64,000 nt of DNA from the human T2T-CHM13v2.0 reference genome, Homo sapiens, in assembly GCF_009914755.1 (NCBI RefSeq), contig NC_060935.1; one strand, written 5' to 3'. Below, in pieces: positions 46,894 to 61,047 of this stretch. The position numbers were made by a program, and so were the translations under genes. Within the stretch, counting starts at the first letter, position 1; each line of letters opens with the position of its first letter. The notes below the pieces were generated by a model that did no database searches, was not told the DNA's origin, and saw only the letters and a program-made list of their open reading frames with translations.

Positions 46894-47185
46894 TGGAGAC
46901 ATTGAGAGTAACACTGGGTTTTACCACCGTTCATGGAATAAGATTTAAAGACACTATTGTTATTTATAATTAAAAAAAAAAAAGAAAACTAGAGGATCTG
47001 GAGACTCCTAAGCAGGTGACATCTTGCCACAACAGTTAACTGCTCTAGCTCTGCTCCCAGAGTTGTTCTCTCCAGAGTATGGATATGGATCTTTTTAAAG
47101 GAAGGCTTTAACAGCAGAGAAAAATAAGAGAAACTTAGAAACAAAGAAAATTGACTTTCAGCTGCAGTAACAGAAGAATGAGAGA
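46894..47185 (+). repeat. Copy 1 of a ~290-bp local duplication (copy 2 at 51725-52017)
   Basis: Roughly 90% identical by eye. Confidence 0.92.
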
Positions 47186-47347
47186 TTAAATGAGGCCCAC
47201 CCATATTGGGGAGGGCATCTGCTTTATTCAGTTTACCAATGTAAAAACCTCATCCAGACTCATCCTCATAGACACACTAAGAATAAAGTTTAACCAAAAG
47301 TCTTGGCACCTATTGTTCAATCAAGATGATGCATAATTTAACCATCA

Positions 47348-47636
47348 AAAGGCCATCCTTTGTGAACCTGACACTCATATGCATCTCCTTAAGCCATACT
47401 TAATCTCCAAATAAAGACTAAAAGGTGATAATTCTTCATAATATGTTACAACTATCATGTATACAACTGGAAATGTACCAACCTCTTCTCAGAAGAAGGG
47501 GTAAAGTCTGTGAATGATGTTTACTCTTCTCCTTACTGTCTAGCAACTTCTATGATTTAAATTGTATGATGTAAAGTTAACAATACTATAATATAAACAT
47601 GCCTTATGTTACATGATTAGAGAATGAGAAAGAACA

Positions 47637-47670
<34 letters not shown>

Positions 47671-49907
47671 TTTCTATAACTGGATATGTGGACGTAACTC
47701 ATATTTATAACTACCTTATTCTACTACCCATTCTGTAGTCCCTTTGCCTTCAGCAAACACCTTAGCTGGCCATGGTTCTTTACCTGGTAGAATGACCCAA
47801 ACCTTCATTCCTGAAAAGCCTGGACAATTAGTGGTCCTGCCTGGACTGAGTTGTTGTGGTTTTCTTAATTGACCTTAATCACAGATCATGGTAATACTAA
47901 GAGATGCATGAAGCGATCTCCTATATTCCAAGCATAGTGTTCCCTTATGTCCATTGTGGAATAGTGGTCTAATTTCCCCTTAGTCATCAGAAACAATCAC
48001 CCCATCCAGCACAGTAACCCCTTTCAGTTATCTGAAGAGGATGGAAGGGCTTTGCTCCAAAATTCAGCAATAAACCTATAGGAGCCTACCTTCCCAGAAG
48101 CTCTATATAGCATCCCTATCTGCCATTGACACTTCAAGCACCATTGGATCTGTTGATGGTATGGTCCAAGCAGAAGTCAGCTTACACGGAAGCCGAGGCC
48201 TGTTGTGAAGCTTTTCTTCTGGTCCTACTCAAAAGCAGCTCTGTAAGTCACTTGGCAAATTGGCCAGAGCAACACACCCAAGTGAGGAATATGTTGCCTC
48301 CAAAATCCAAAGAAACTCATTAGATGCTGTGCCTCCTATTCATTGTGGAAGCCAGATGCGACAACTTATCCTCATGCTGGAAGAGATTCTCAATATTCCC
48401 CACACCACTTGATCCCTAGAAATTTCACTGAGGTACAAGACCCTGAGGTTTTATCAGATTTATTTTCCACACTCTGGCATGTAAATATCTTATGAATAAA
48501 TCTAGAGTAGTTACTACGTCTTATTCGCTAGGTCCAATCAGCATAATGTCATCAACCTAATGGACCAGTGTGATATCTTGTGGAAGGAAAGGGCAATTAA
48601 GATCCCTGTGAACTAAATTATGACATAGAGCTATAAAGTTGATATACCCCCGAGGTATGACAGTGAATGTGTATTGCTGGCCTTGTCATCTGAAAGCAAA
48701 CTGTTCCTGGTGGTCTTTACTAATAGCTGTCCAGAAAAAGCATTTATCAGATCAATAACATTATACTGGGTACTAGAGGATGTGTTAATTTGCTCAAGTA
48801 ATGAAACCACATTTGGTAAGGCAGTTGCAATTAGAGTCACCTCCAATTGGTAATCCACTGTCATCTTCCAAGATCCATCTGTCTTCTGCACATGCCAAAC
48901 ATACAAGTTGAATAGGAATGTGGTGGGAATCACCACCCCTGCAACTTTCAAGTTACTGATGGTGTCATTAATCTCTGTAGCCCCTCCAGGAATGTGTTGG
49001 GAGTCACCAACCCTGCATCTTTTAAGTTACTGATGGATTTATTAATTTCTGCAGTACCATCAGGAATGTGGTGATGCTTTTGCTTTACTATTTTCCTAGG
49101 CAGAGGCAGTACTAGAACTTCCACTTGGTATTCCCCACCATAAAGGTCCTTACTCCACAGAGTAAGAAAATAATATGAGATCCTACCACCTATTGAGTAT
49201 ATTTGTTTTAATTATGCATTCTGGAATTGGGGGAATAACCGCAGGATGGGTTTGGGAGCCCACTGCACCCATTGTGAGATTAACCAGAGATAAAACTCCA
49301 TGGATCATCGGACCTCCACAACCACTTACTCTGAGTGGTAAGCCACAGTGATGCTTTGAGTCTCCTGGAATTAGTATCAATTCAGAATCAGTGTCTAGTA
49401 GTCCCTGAGAGGTCTGGTTATTTCCTTTTCCCCAATGCTCAGTACCCTGGAAAAAGGCTGCAGGTCCCTTTGAGGAAGGCTGTGAGAAAGATCAACAGTA
49501 CAAATTCTTGGTAATGCACCAGGTCCTTCCTTAAGGAGACCTGGTCTCCCCTTTCATTCAAGGAGTTCTTTCTGGGTTTGTAAATTTTATTGCAGGTCTG
49601 TAAACTGGCTCAGGTCTGGGAATGGATTGAGGGGCTATGAGTCTATATTTTTATGATTCAGGTTAGGCTTTCATTCAATGACCTAGAACTTTTCTGCTTA
49701 TATAGATCAAGGGGTAATTTAAAAGGATTTCTGTCTATTTTACCTCTAGGAACACCATAATCAACTAGCCCACACCCACACCATAGGTCTGATTCAAATA
49801 TTAATCTTATCCATACCCACCCTCACAGACACAGCCAAAATAATGTTTTAATTAAGTATTTGAGCAGTCTATGACCTGGTCAAGTTGACACATAAAGTTA
49901 ACCATCG
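47348..49907 (-). mobile_element. HERV-L internal region (degenerate gag/pro/pol, with deletions) and partial second LTR at ~49790-49907
   Basis: Minus-strand peptides KVAGVVIPTT...QKTDGSWKMTVDY (RT start) and LILIPGD...GVLSLVNLTMG (protease region); caagttgacacataaagttaaccat LTR end. Confidence 0.85.
47640..47668. repeat. (TG)n microsatellite
   Basis: Directly visible. Confidence 0.9.
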
Positions 49908-50819
49908 TATTTTGTTTATACTCACAGTCTTGGGGCCACAATCTGGAATGAGTCTTAGTCGAAATCACCTGCACAGATCAGAGGAGCTGCTGGGATGCAA
50001 ATGTATACTAAGCAAGTACTCATTGAGATATAGCATTAGCAGGAACAAAAATGTATTATTTTAAAACATGGATCCAGAGATCTTCTCTGGAAAATAATAA
50101 TCTATATTTATGCAACCTCTCACTTGTGGTTATCATGCCTAGAAAGGCATGCAGGCCCATCACATTTCTGAAAGGCTGTTACTGTTAGTGAACCACACAG
50201 ACACAAAGAGTCCTGAGGAAAGTGCAGATCTCCTTTGCAGCCATAATATCCTCCATCAGTTCACAAGGTACTCTTTGGACATTTGGAAATTCTCATCTCT
50301 CACTCTGCTTCCCCCACTAACACATACACACATACACCTTTCTTTCCCTGTGGTCCCTGTGATTTTTTTTTTTTTTTTTACTTCTCTGACCTACCCTAGG
50401 ATTCAAATGTGGAGTTTCTGGTCAGAGAGTTAAAGTTTTATGCATCACTGGAGAAAGCTTTAGTTGTCAAGGCAAAGCTCTGAAGCATCAAATTGAGTAC
50501 ATGGAATCTAAAGGTAAAGCAACTGGATCATAATTTTGACCCAGCACCATTACTAGTGGGATACTTTGGGAAAGTTTCTTAAAATTTCCGTGCCTAAGTT
50601 GAGTAGTACTCAGCACAGGGTTGTCAAGAAGATTGGATAATTAAAGAATGTATAGTGTTTAAAATATCTGTCACGGAGTAGATGCTCAATTTTGTTCCAT
50701 AATAAAACATCTATAAAGCTAATTCTTTTACTAGTCGGTATTACTTCTTATGGCATAAACTTGATCTAATTTATGCCACCAAAGTATCTCTCTTTATTCT
50801 GAATTATACAAATTATCTC

Positions 50820-51245
50820 CCTGCTATTGAGTGAACTGCATCCCACTCTAAATTCATTTGTTGAAGTTCTAGCTCACAGTGTGATATCTGGAGACGGGCT
50901 TTTGAAGCTGTTGGGTTTAGATGAGGATATGAGAGTGAATCCCTCATGACGGGATTAGTGTCCTTATATGAAAAGACACCAGGCCTCTGTCTCCTGCTCT
51001 TTTTCTGTGTGTGTGTCCTTGTGTGTGTGCTCACATGCCTGTGTACACACAAAGGAAAGATGATGTGAGGACAGAAATAATACAGTCATCTGCAAGCCAA
51101 GAAGAGAGCTCTCATAAGGAACCAAGTTAGCTGACACTTTGATCTTGGAATTCGCAGCCTCCAAAAGTATGAGAAATAAATTTGTGCTGTTTAAATGAAG
51201 CAGTCATGGTAATTTACCATAGCACCCTAAGCAGAATAATATACA
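50820..51245. mobile_element. MLT1A/B-like MaLR solo LTR
   Basis: aaattcatttgttgaag...atctgcaagccaagaagagag...gcctccaaaagtatgagaaataaattt. Confidence 0.75.
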
Positions 51246-51724
51246 CCTTTTCTTCTTGCAAATTGGGAAAGGGAGTGAAGGCATAAAAATCCCATCTGAC
51301 CACAATGAAACAAAGAAACTTTTTGTTCTTTAAACATAAAATTCCTAGGTAGTCACAAAGGGAATATCTAATACCTATGTGTAAGTCCGAAATTAGTAAT
51401 TAGAGTGTTTATGTCGGAAGATACAGTAGGAAATCCCTGTTGCTGCCTTTGTAGGTTCTGTAGAATGGTCTTCTAATCTTATTTTTAAAGTATGCTATAT
51501 ATGCAAGACTGTGCTACTACTACCTTAGAGGAGTGAAGAATCAGAATGAAAACCAGCAGGACAGTGCAGTGAGAAAAACAGTCATCACTTACAGAAGCCC
51601 AGACATGCAGAGAAAACTAAGAATTCAATAGATGCAGAAAATCAGAGCTTGAGACCACTCCACACGATAGAAGCCCCAGTGGTTCCCCTTCCCTCGTATT
51701 CGCTTGCTCCTTCCAAGAAATGTC

Positions 51725-52017
51725 TGGAGACATTAAGAGTGACACTGGGTTTTACCATTATTCATGGAATAAGATTTAAAGACACTATTATTATTTATAA
51801 ACTTTAAAAACAAAAGAAAACTAGAGGATTTAGGGACTCCTAAGCGGGTGACATCTGGCCACAACAGTTGACTGCTCTAATTCTGCTCCCAGAGTTGTTC
51901 TCTCCAAAGTATGGATATGGATCTTTTTAAAGGAGGGCTTTAACAACAGAGAAAAATAAGAGAAACTTAAAAACAAAGAAAATTGACTTTCAGCTGCAGT
52001 AAGAGAAGAACGAGAGA
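51725..52017 (+). repeat. Copy 2 (probable donor) of the ~290-bp duplication
   Basis: Matches 46894-47185. Confidence 0.92.
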
Positions 52018-52373
52018 AAGAATACAGTGTTTTTCTTGGAACTTTCCAGCAAGGGAATCAGACGAGAGGCTGTGAGGAAAGGCCTAATCCCATTGACTAT
52101 GGTTCAGAGAACTTGGATTCCTCAGATCATCATAACTTCTCTGGAATACTTAGCAATAAGAAGCTTGAAATTAAGGCTGAATTTCAGAACATTAATGAAT
52201 ACAAACATATTATATATTATTCCATAAACCACATTAAGACTAGAGTAATTTGCATTAAAAGAGTAGGTTTTGGCAGATTGGAAAATAAGAAGAAATATGA
52301 GGATATGGAAAATTTTTGAAGTAGTGAACAGATACATGTCATCAATGTATAAAGGGGCCTAGGGCATTTATTA

Positions 52374-52740
<367 letters not shown>

Positions 52741-54209
52741 TGTCTGCACTGATTCAGTGTGACATTTCCAGTATTATAGCTAAGCTCATAGAAACACATT
52801 TAACCTATAAAGAATCAACAAAAAATGAACTTTGGAAAGAGTGCAAACATAAAGCAAGACAAAGTATCTGCTCACCATGCTAAAAATGGCAATAATAAGA
52901 GAAATAATACTTATTACTCTTATTTTTATTACTACTACAATTTACTTAGCATCTACTACACTCCAGGTACTTTAAAATTTACTCACAATAACTGTATAAC
53001 AATTTTTATTCTCATAAAGGAAATGTAATATTTTAATAAATATGTAAATTAATAGATAACTTAGCCTAGACCCCATAAATAGTAAATAAAAGGGCTTGGG
53101 GTTCATTCTAGGTTTCTCTTCTCCAAAGAGTAAGTCTTCCACTGCATCACCAGATTGCATGAATTAAAGAATAATAAAAAACAAAGAACAATAAAAAATT
53201 AAAGTTATATTTCTGCCATTTGTCAGATAGCTATTATAACACTGTGCTAGTCATCATGCTTAGAGGGAGAAAAAACAAAAACTGGGGAAGGTATAGAGCA
53301 AAGTTAAAACCTGAGTAATTAGGGTGAAATGGTGTTTTATAAAAGTATGTTGCAACATAGTGTGCTTAACTTAGGGAATGCTAACACAACATCAGATGAT
53401 GTTCATGAAGGATAATCACCATTATGATTCAACGTCCATAGAAAACTGAACAAGAGATGGATACGTTCAGAGAAAAGAAATTGTGAGGGAGGGGTGGCCT
53501 TTTAAAATATTCTAACTGGCAACTGGTAAGTGGCTAGAGGCTGTCACATCATGAGGTTCAATTAAGGAAGACCTGATCTCAATAGGAAACACCAGAAAAT
53601 GACAAGGTACAGTTAAAAACAGACACAAATTGTTCCCTTCCCTTTCTTTCTTGTCCTTTCAAGATGAAAGTACAGATCCTCCCATGAAGACATTAGGGGG
53701 CCTATTTTCTTACCCCTCGAATCTGGGTTGTCTATGAAATTTGATTGGCCAATATGACATTAACACACATGACTCAGCAGAGGTTTGAAAAGTATTTGTG
53801 AATTGGAAGAGAACCAAGAGTCTGCCAACTGCCAGAGACATGACTGAGGCCATCCTAATTCATGTAATTGGACACTCCACCAGGTGACCACAGTTGCATG
53901 AGACAGCCTGGTAGAGAAGTGCTGAGCAGCCTTAGATGAGACAGACCACACACAGGACCCACAGATGTGTAAACAAAAGCCGATGGTGGTTGCTGGAACT
54001 AACTACATTTTGAGGGATTTGTTACACAGCTAAAGCTACTTAAATCAGGTGGCAAAACCACAAAGTGACAGGAAAAATGGATGTTATCTATACTTCAAGA
54101 AGTGGTTAATTTGTTCCGTGGCCTGAGAGATTTTGCGTTCTACCTGTGTCTGAAGATATGGAACTGGAATAAATGTGTATCTAGTTGCCATTTGGTAACT
54201 AAAATGTCC

Positions 54210-54498
54210 TTTTTTTTGAGACAGAGTCTTGCTCTGTTGCCCAGGCTGGAGTGCAGTGGTGCAATTTCAGCTCAAGGAAACCTCCGCCTCCTGGGTTCAA
54301 GTGATTCTCATGCCTCAGCCTCCCGAGTAGCTGGGACTACAGGCACGTGCCACCACACCCGGCTAATTTTTTATATTTTTAGTAGAGATGGGGTTTCACC
54401 ATGTTGGCCAGGCTGGTCTCTAACTCCTGACCTCAGGTGATCCGCCCGCCTCAGCCTCCCAAAGTGCTGGGATTACAGGCGCGAGCCACCATGCGCGG
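54210..54498 (-). mobile_element. AluS, antisense
   Basis: Reverse Alu; TSD-like ctaaaatgtc. Confidence 0.92.
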
Positions 54499-54851
54499 TC
54501 CCTAAAATGTCTTTATATGTAGATCATCTAGTCCAATTTGGTCAATGTATATATGAGGAATCAGAAACCAGGAGAGGGGGATGTGACTTGCCAAAAGTCA
54601 CAGTAAACTCCTAACTAAACCAGGACTACTTGTCAGGTTCTCTGATCCCCAGTCCCAGGCATTTTACTTATAGCCATCTTGGGATCTTGAGCAGTCCTGA
54701 GATTCTATGACTCTGTGACTCTATGGTTCTATAATTCCAAGACAAAGCAAACAATTCCAGTGCTCCAGGCAGCCTCAGCACAAGAAAAGAACATGGTCTA
54801 GACTGAAGTACCAACTAAATCATCTCCTTTCAAATTATCACCGACACCATC

Positions 54852-55004
54852 ATGGATTCAAGCACCGCACACAGTCCGGTGTTTCTGGTATTTCCTCCAG
54901 AAATCACTGCTTCAGAATATGAGTCCACAGAACTTTCAGCCACGACCTTTTCAACTCAAAGCCCCTTGCAAAAATTATTTGCTAGAAAAATGAAAATCTT
55001 AGGG
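54852..55004 (+). CDS. MS4A5: MS4A5 exon 1
   Basis: MDSS...KMKILG|gtaagt. Confidence 0.95.
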
Positions 55005-58000
55005 GTAAGTAAGACTTGCCCCTATGTATATTTTACTGAGGCAGGGGAAAGGCTAGGGAAATTATCTGTTGGCACATGTTTGAAGGTAGGAGCCTATTCC
55101 AATTCTTCTTTAAGACAATGTGAATATAGAGTGTTGGTGGGCCATTTGAGAGAGGATGTTTGAGAAGAACGAATCATGTGGGTCTGGACTTGACAAAAAA
55201 TGCTATCATTTAGGACTCACCTACTTAAAAAGTGATAGTTGCTATGGCAGTAAATGAGATTACTCAGACTGAGAAGGTGGACTGAGAAGAAGAGAGCAGA
55301 GCACATAGACTCACACGTTTTTGTATATTGTATACCTTCCATTTTTGTATATTGTCCTCATTAGTCTTTCCCAGCACTTGTCAAACCACTGCTTGGTGTC
55401 ACAGTGCATCACATGAGTGGCTCAGAGAGGGAGAGAAAAAAAAAAAAACCCGAAGAGATGGAGAGTCCTCTGGGCCTGAGAGTGTGACAATACCTCAAGA
55501 GGCTCAGAGAATTGGCCATCTCCAGGCAGGGCTCCTCACAGTCCAATTCTGCTTGAGGCCAGCCTGGTATACTCATTTAGAATTCAGTGTTTCTCAGACA
55601 TTCACATTTATGGGCTAAAGAACTGAAGAACTTATGAAGACACAGGTTTCCCAGCCTCACCTGGAGACCGTTCAGTAAGTATGGGATAGGGCCTGATAGT
55701 TCGCATTTCTAGCTCCCAAGTGATCCTGATGTTGCCAATCCATGGACCACATTTTCAGGAGCACTGATTTAGATCATTTTACCTATCACCAAATACCAGA
55801 TAGAGGAATTAAGAAAGTACCCAGGAGCATCATAAAGGGACTTCTATTATTCTTCCCCTAATTACCAAAGAGAGTAATTGCCAAATCCTTTTGACCAAAA
55901 GAAGATATTCTAAACAGAAGGGAAACTATCACTTTGCTTTTCCTCACCATGACTTTTTCCTCTATTTGCAGACTATCCAGATCCTGTTTGGAATTATGAC
56001 CTTTTCTTTTGGAGTTATCTTCCTTTTCACTTTGTTAAAACCATATCCAAGGTTTCCCTTTATATTTCTTTCAGGATATCCATTCTGGGGCTCTGTTTTG
56101 GTGAGTATAGTCAATCAAGTTCAATTTGAAGCCATGCCAACCAGGATGTTAGGGAATTCTTCACAATGAAATAAGCTAGATCCAGTTGTATGACATGCTT
56201 TCAAAAGTGCAAAAAACTAACCTTGTTGAAATTATTTCCCCATTAGTTCATCACAGTCACTGATATTCCATCATTAGGTCTTGAAGTTCCTTTGGGAATA
56301 CTTCTTTTGAGGCTTGCAGTTGTTTATTTGGCTATTCATTCATTTGAAATTAGTTACTATTTATTATAAGCCAGATACACAGAGAAAGGCAATGGGCCTC
56401 TCCCCCAAAGACCTCTCAGTCTAGCAAGAAAACATGTAAACAGGTCACTTCAAGTCAGTGTGATAAATGTTATCACAGAGGTGCAGGAAATGCTTATGTA
56501 AGCAGAGATGAAGGAGCAATTTATTCTTTACAGAAGTGAAGTGGGAAGGGTTTCTCAGATATACCTTTTGAGCTGCGGAGAGGTATTTATTAAACCCAGT
56601 GTAGTCACAATCAATAAACATTAACTTAGGACCTAATTTAGTGCCAGAGAATGGGCAGAGCAATGGCTTCAGGGAAAAGAAAGCAGTGCCTGAGCTCAAG
56701 GTCTCAGTTGAGTGAGGAGTCAGACAATTAACACAGGGTGTGATGAGGGAGAATAAACACAGGGGCTGCCTCCATAGGAAAGGCATCAACAAAACAGAGG
56801 GGACAACGCCCAGAGACATTTCCAGCTTGACCAAGTTTTAAAGGGTGAATGGTTAATCAGGTGAGGACACACACACAGAAGATGGGAGTTGGGATACCCA
56901 AGTGTAAGGATTAGGGATGTCTTGTTGCATGCCAAGGGAGAAATATGAGCACAGGCTGAAGGTATGGGAGAGCATTTTCTATTATGTGAACTATAAGAGT
57001 TCAGCACAGGGAGTGAGGATGGAGAGATGAGGCTGGAAAATACCCATGAAGGGGCTGGAAATTTAAACATGGAAGTGCTGTAATCAGATTTGAAATTTCC
57101 ACTAGACAACAATGCTACCACGTGTGACCCACTTCCAAGAAAAATCTTGGAGATTTTTAAGAACTACCAGCACATTCACTGCAACCCCACCTTATGTTCC
57201 CATCCAAGAGAACACACTGGATTGCAGTAAGATGGAATCCAATCTTAATGATTATAAACTGACTTGAAATCCCTTTGTCATGAGATCAAAGCTGAGTCCA
57301 CAATAGCTATAAAAAGAACATGGATGAGTAAACCAAAGCCCTGTACAGTTAAAAAAAATGTTCATGTTCAAATAAATAGTTAGGGCTAAAGGAGATTTCC
57401 AGACCAGTGTTTTGTCCACTATTCCATTTGTGGAAAGTCATATAAAGCAACTCACCCTTCTCACTGCCCTGAGGAGTGTGTGAACTTAGAAGGCGGGCCT
57501 GTAAAAGAAATGCATAGAGGTCTATTCTGTAAGAACTCAACATCAGCTAAACATGGTCATCATTAACATATTTATTCCTCTTAACAGTTCATTAATTCTG
57601 GAGCCTTCCTAATTGCAGTGAAAAGAAAAACCACAGAAACTCTGGTGAGTTATATTCTTACTTTATTAAAAATATATTTTGTAGCCAGTCATGGTGGCTC
57701 ATACCTGTAATCCCAGCACTTTGGGAGGCCAAGACGGGTGGATCATGAGGTCAGGAGTTCAAGACCAGCCTGGCCAACATGGTGAAACCCCATCTCTACT
57801 AAAAATACAAAATTAGCCAGGTGTGGTGGCACACACCTGTAGTCCCAGCTACTCAGGAGGCTGAGGCAGGAGAATTGCTTGTACCTGGGAGGTGGAGGTT
57901 GCAAGGAGCCGAGATCGTGCCTGGGCAACGGAAAAGACTCCATCTCAAAAAAAAAAAACAAAAAAAAGTAATGAGTTACATTTTCACTATTTCCACTTTA

Positions 58001-59094
58001 TTAAAAATATATAACTTTCAAATAATTTATCCTGGCCTTGAAAAAAATTTGTAAAATCATTAGGTCACCATAATTCCACAAACTATCAAGTATTAATACC
58101 AATAAACAGCATTTGCTTCCTGTTTTCCTAGAATTATAACCCATTATGCTAGAGGAGAAAGTTTCTCTAGGTCATCTAGTTTAGCTCTTATTTTATGTAT
58201 GAAGACACTGAGGCTTACAATCGTTAAATAGCTTGTCCAAATTCCCAGCCAATTAATGGTAGAATTATTTCAACATTCCAGTTACTTATTCATTCTTTTT
58301 TGTTTTCTGGGTATTTATGGCATACCAGGCACTTTGACAGGCACTACTTTGACTCATACGAAAGGCAAACTGTAGACAATCTAATTAAACCATAAACAGA
58401 ATCTCAAAATAAAGAATACAGTGCTACTGAATGTAAAGTTATAGATAAATTATAAGTAGAATATTTTTACTTTACTCAAAGAATTGAAGACATAAGATAT
58501 TACTATGCCAACAAAAGATTTTAGCAAAGGACTGAAAATCCTTAGTTTGTCATTTTAGGGAGAAATTAAAAATGGCAGAGAAGTGCAGCATTTAGTTAAA
58601 CTTAGGAGTCTTAAAATAAAAATGTAAACAGACCATGACTTTCACCAGAAAATCAAAATGCAATTGTTACAGGCACACCCTTCCTCCCAACTGAATAAGA
58701 GTTAACTTAGGCATAGAATATGGGGAATGGAAAGGTTACTAAAAGTTCACAAGATCCCCTTATTGTGTAGATGAAGGCCTGAAGCCCAAAGATGTGAAGC
58801 AATTCGCACAGGATCACAGAGCTGCCTCGTGGCATTAAGATGCTGTGACTAAAATCCTGCTCTCCATTCTCCGCACTCATTGCTTTGTTTGTAGTACAGG
58901 CTGGACCTCAGTCACATTGTTATGTTCTTATTCTATTTCAGATAATATTGAGCCGAATAATGAATTTTCTTAGTGCCCTGGGAGCAATAGCTGGAATCAT
59001 TCTCCTCACATTTGGTTTCATCCTAGATCAAAACTACATTTGTGGTTATTCTCACCAAAATAGTCAGTGTAAGGCTGTTACTGTCCTGTTCTTG
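54852..59094 (+). CDS. MS4A5: MS4A5, partial; join(54852..55004,55972..56100,57588..57644,58942..59094); last exon beyond window
   Basis: [16 protein letters not shown]...; four phase-0 GT-AG exons, 164 aa, GYPFWG motif. Confidence 0.96.
55600..55770. mobile_element. MER5A-like DNA transposon
   Basis: ttcagtaagtatgggatagggcctga...gcatttcta...gaccacatttt. Confidence 0.65.
55972..56100 (+). CDS. MS4A5: MS4A5 exon 2 (129 nt)
   Basis: ttgcag|[11 protein letters not shown]...[10 protein letters not shown]|gtgagt. Confidence 0.95.
57588..57644 (+). CDS. MS4A5: MS4A5 exon 3
   Basis: taacag|[19 protein letters not shown]|gtgagt. Confidence 0.95.
57682..57968 (+). mobile_element. AluS with small internal deletion
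   Basis: Alu lacking the cactgcactccag segment. Confidence 0.9.
58942..59094 (+). CDS. MS4A5: MS4A5 exon 4
   Basis: tttcag|[18 protein letters not shown]...CKAVTVLFL|gtaagt. Confidence 0.95.
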
Positions 59095-60738
59095 GTAAGT
59101 ATGTTGCATTTATAGAGTGATGAGTAAAGGGCTTAATAGAAAATATTTATTAGCACTCAATCAGCACCATTCAGATCATGTTGTGGACACATGTATTTTC
59201 TTTTACTGACAAACATTTATGAAATCCATAATATTTGATAGACATTACACCAGGCATTGTGGAAGAGAAAAATAAACACATTATAACTCCCACCTTTAGG
59301 AATTCACAGGAGCACAAGAGATAAAACATACACAAATCAGTATGATACAAATATAAATCTAAAAAAAAAAGGTACAGCAGTATGGCTGTAGTTTATAGCC
59401 CTATATGTACATTAGAATCACAGTGGTGTGTTTTTACAGTTCTTGATTTGGTTTTAACAGGCTGAACTTCCGATAAAGCATGATAAGATTGAAAAGGGGC
59501 ATTTATTTTAGCTGCCTCCAAAATACCACTAAGATTAGTGTAAAAGAATGTAAAAGGTTTGATCCACATGGAGAGAAAAAGAGAGTTACCAAACACACAC
59601 AAAAATTGCTGAGGAAATTGAAAACCCACCATCTAAGGCAAAGCAGGGGGAAGTCATATTAGAAGATATTTCTTACAGCAGAGCCTAAGAAATACTTAAT
59701 ATTTGAATGCACCAGGTCCACAGAAAGCAGGACTAAAGAGCAGAAAATAGGGAGACTGATTTTGGTAATGGTTAAGTATGGCTATGTGGATTAACTCTTC
59801 TCTGAAAACAGAAGTCTTTTTATTAAAAAACAAAACAACCTTAAAGACATTAAAAAGCTGAAAGGTCAGCTGGAACTACTAGATCAATTTTTAGATGAAA
59901 GCCTGCAACCTGAAATTTACAAGTGGAACTCTGAAGAGCATGAAAGCTACTTATGCCTTCAGACCCATTTGCCAGTGATGCTTATTTGGAATCCAATCCC
60001 TGGCCCATGTGGACTGAAAGAGAAAGAAGTCAAGGTTTCACATCCACTCAAAGTATAAAGACTTAAGAGAGATTTTCTCCGTATTAAACTAGGTCTTTGA
60101 TAGGCTACTACGCTCTTCAGGTAAGGGCAAAAAGATATACAACGTACCCTGCCCCAAAATAGCAAAGTCGCTGAACAAAGTTTAAAAAGGAAAAGTATTT
60201 GAGAAGTGTGGCCACAAGCCAAACAAACCCCTTGACAACCTCCTTGCACGCCCCAATCCCCACTGACCTTTGCTAGGCATAAACTGGATAAGGCAAGAAT
60301 GTTTTACCTGAATTTGGTCTTGGTATGTGGTGCCCCTGGTACCTGGCAGAAGCAAAACCGAAGTCTATCTAGGAGAAAAACATTCATTAATCTTAATAAA
60401 TTCCCATCAAATTTTCCATTGAAAATTAACAGTAAGCACTCAAAAGAGGCATAAAAAGAAATAAGACAATGCGAATAACAACTAATAGAAACAGAACATA
60501 GCAAAAAAAAAAATCACCTGTAAATTTCTGATACTAAGTATATTAGAAGAGATTTTAAAACCACAATATTTATCATGTTTTAAGAAATAAATGAGGGGGG
60601 AGGAGCCAAGATGGCCAAATAGGAACAGCTCCGGTCTACAGCTCCCAGCGTGAGAGACGCAGAAGACGGGTGATTTCTGCATTTCCATCTGAGGTACCCG
60701 GTTCATCTCACTAGGGAGTGCCAGACAGTGGGCGCAGG

Positions 60739-61047
60739 TCAGTGGGTGCGTGCACCCTGCGCGAGCCGAAGCAGGGCGAGGCATTGCCTCACTTGGGAAG
60801 CGCAAGGGGTCAGGGAGTTCCCTTTCTGAGTCAAAGAAAGGGGTGACGGACGGCACCTAGAAAATCGGGTCACTCCCACCCGAATACTGCGCTTTTCCGA
60901 CGGGCTTAAAAAATGGCGCACCACGAGATTATATCCCGCACCTGGCTCGGAGGGTCCTATGCCCACGGAGTCTCGCTGATTGCTAGCACAGCAGTCTGAG
61001 ATCAAACTGCAAGGCGGCAGCGAGGCTGGGGGAGGGGCGCCCGCCAT
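60739..61047 (-). CDS. L1 ORF0-like antisense ORF, 102 aa
   Basis: MAGAPPPASLPPCSLISDCCASNQRDSVG... from ATG at 61047. Confidence 0.65.
   Translation of the reverse strand: MAGAPPPASLPPCSLISDCCASNQRDSVGIGPSEPGAGYNLVVRHFLSPSEKRSIRVGVTRFSRCRPSPLSLTQKGNSLTPCASQVRQCLALLRLAQGARTH

Larger units (their letters stand above)
46490..47347 (-). mobile_element. MLT2 (HERV-L) LTR, interrupted by a ~290-bp insertion
   Basis: tgtattaggcagggttctccagagaaacagaacca...ttaaccatca termini; internal (GATA)n. Confidence 0.85.

Noticed and set aside
48631-49380. Retroviral pol/protease-like ORFs as a domesticated gene
   Set aside because: Short, frameshifted and interrupted; ordinary decayed HERV-L.
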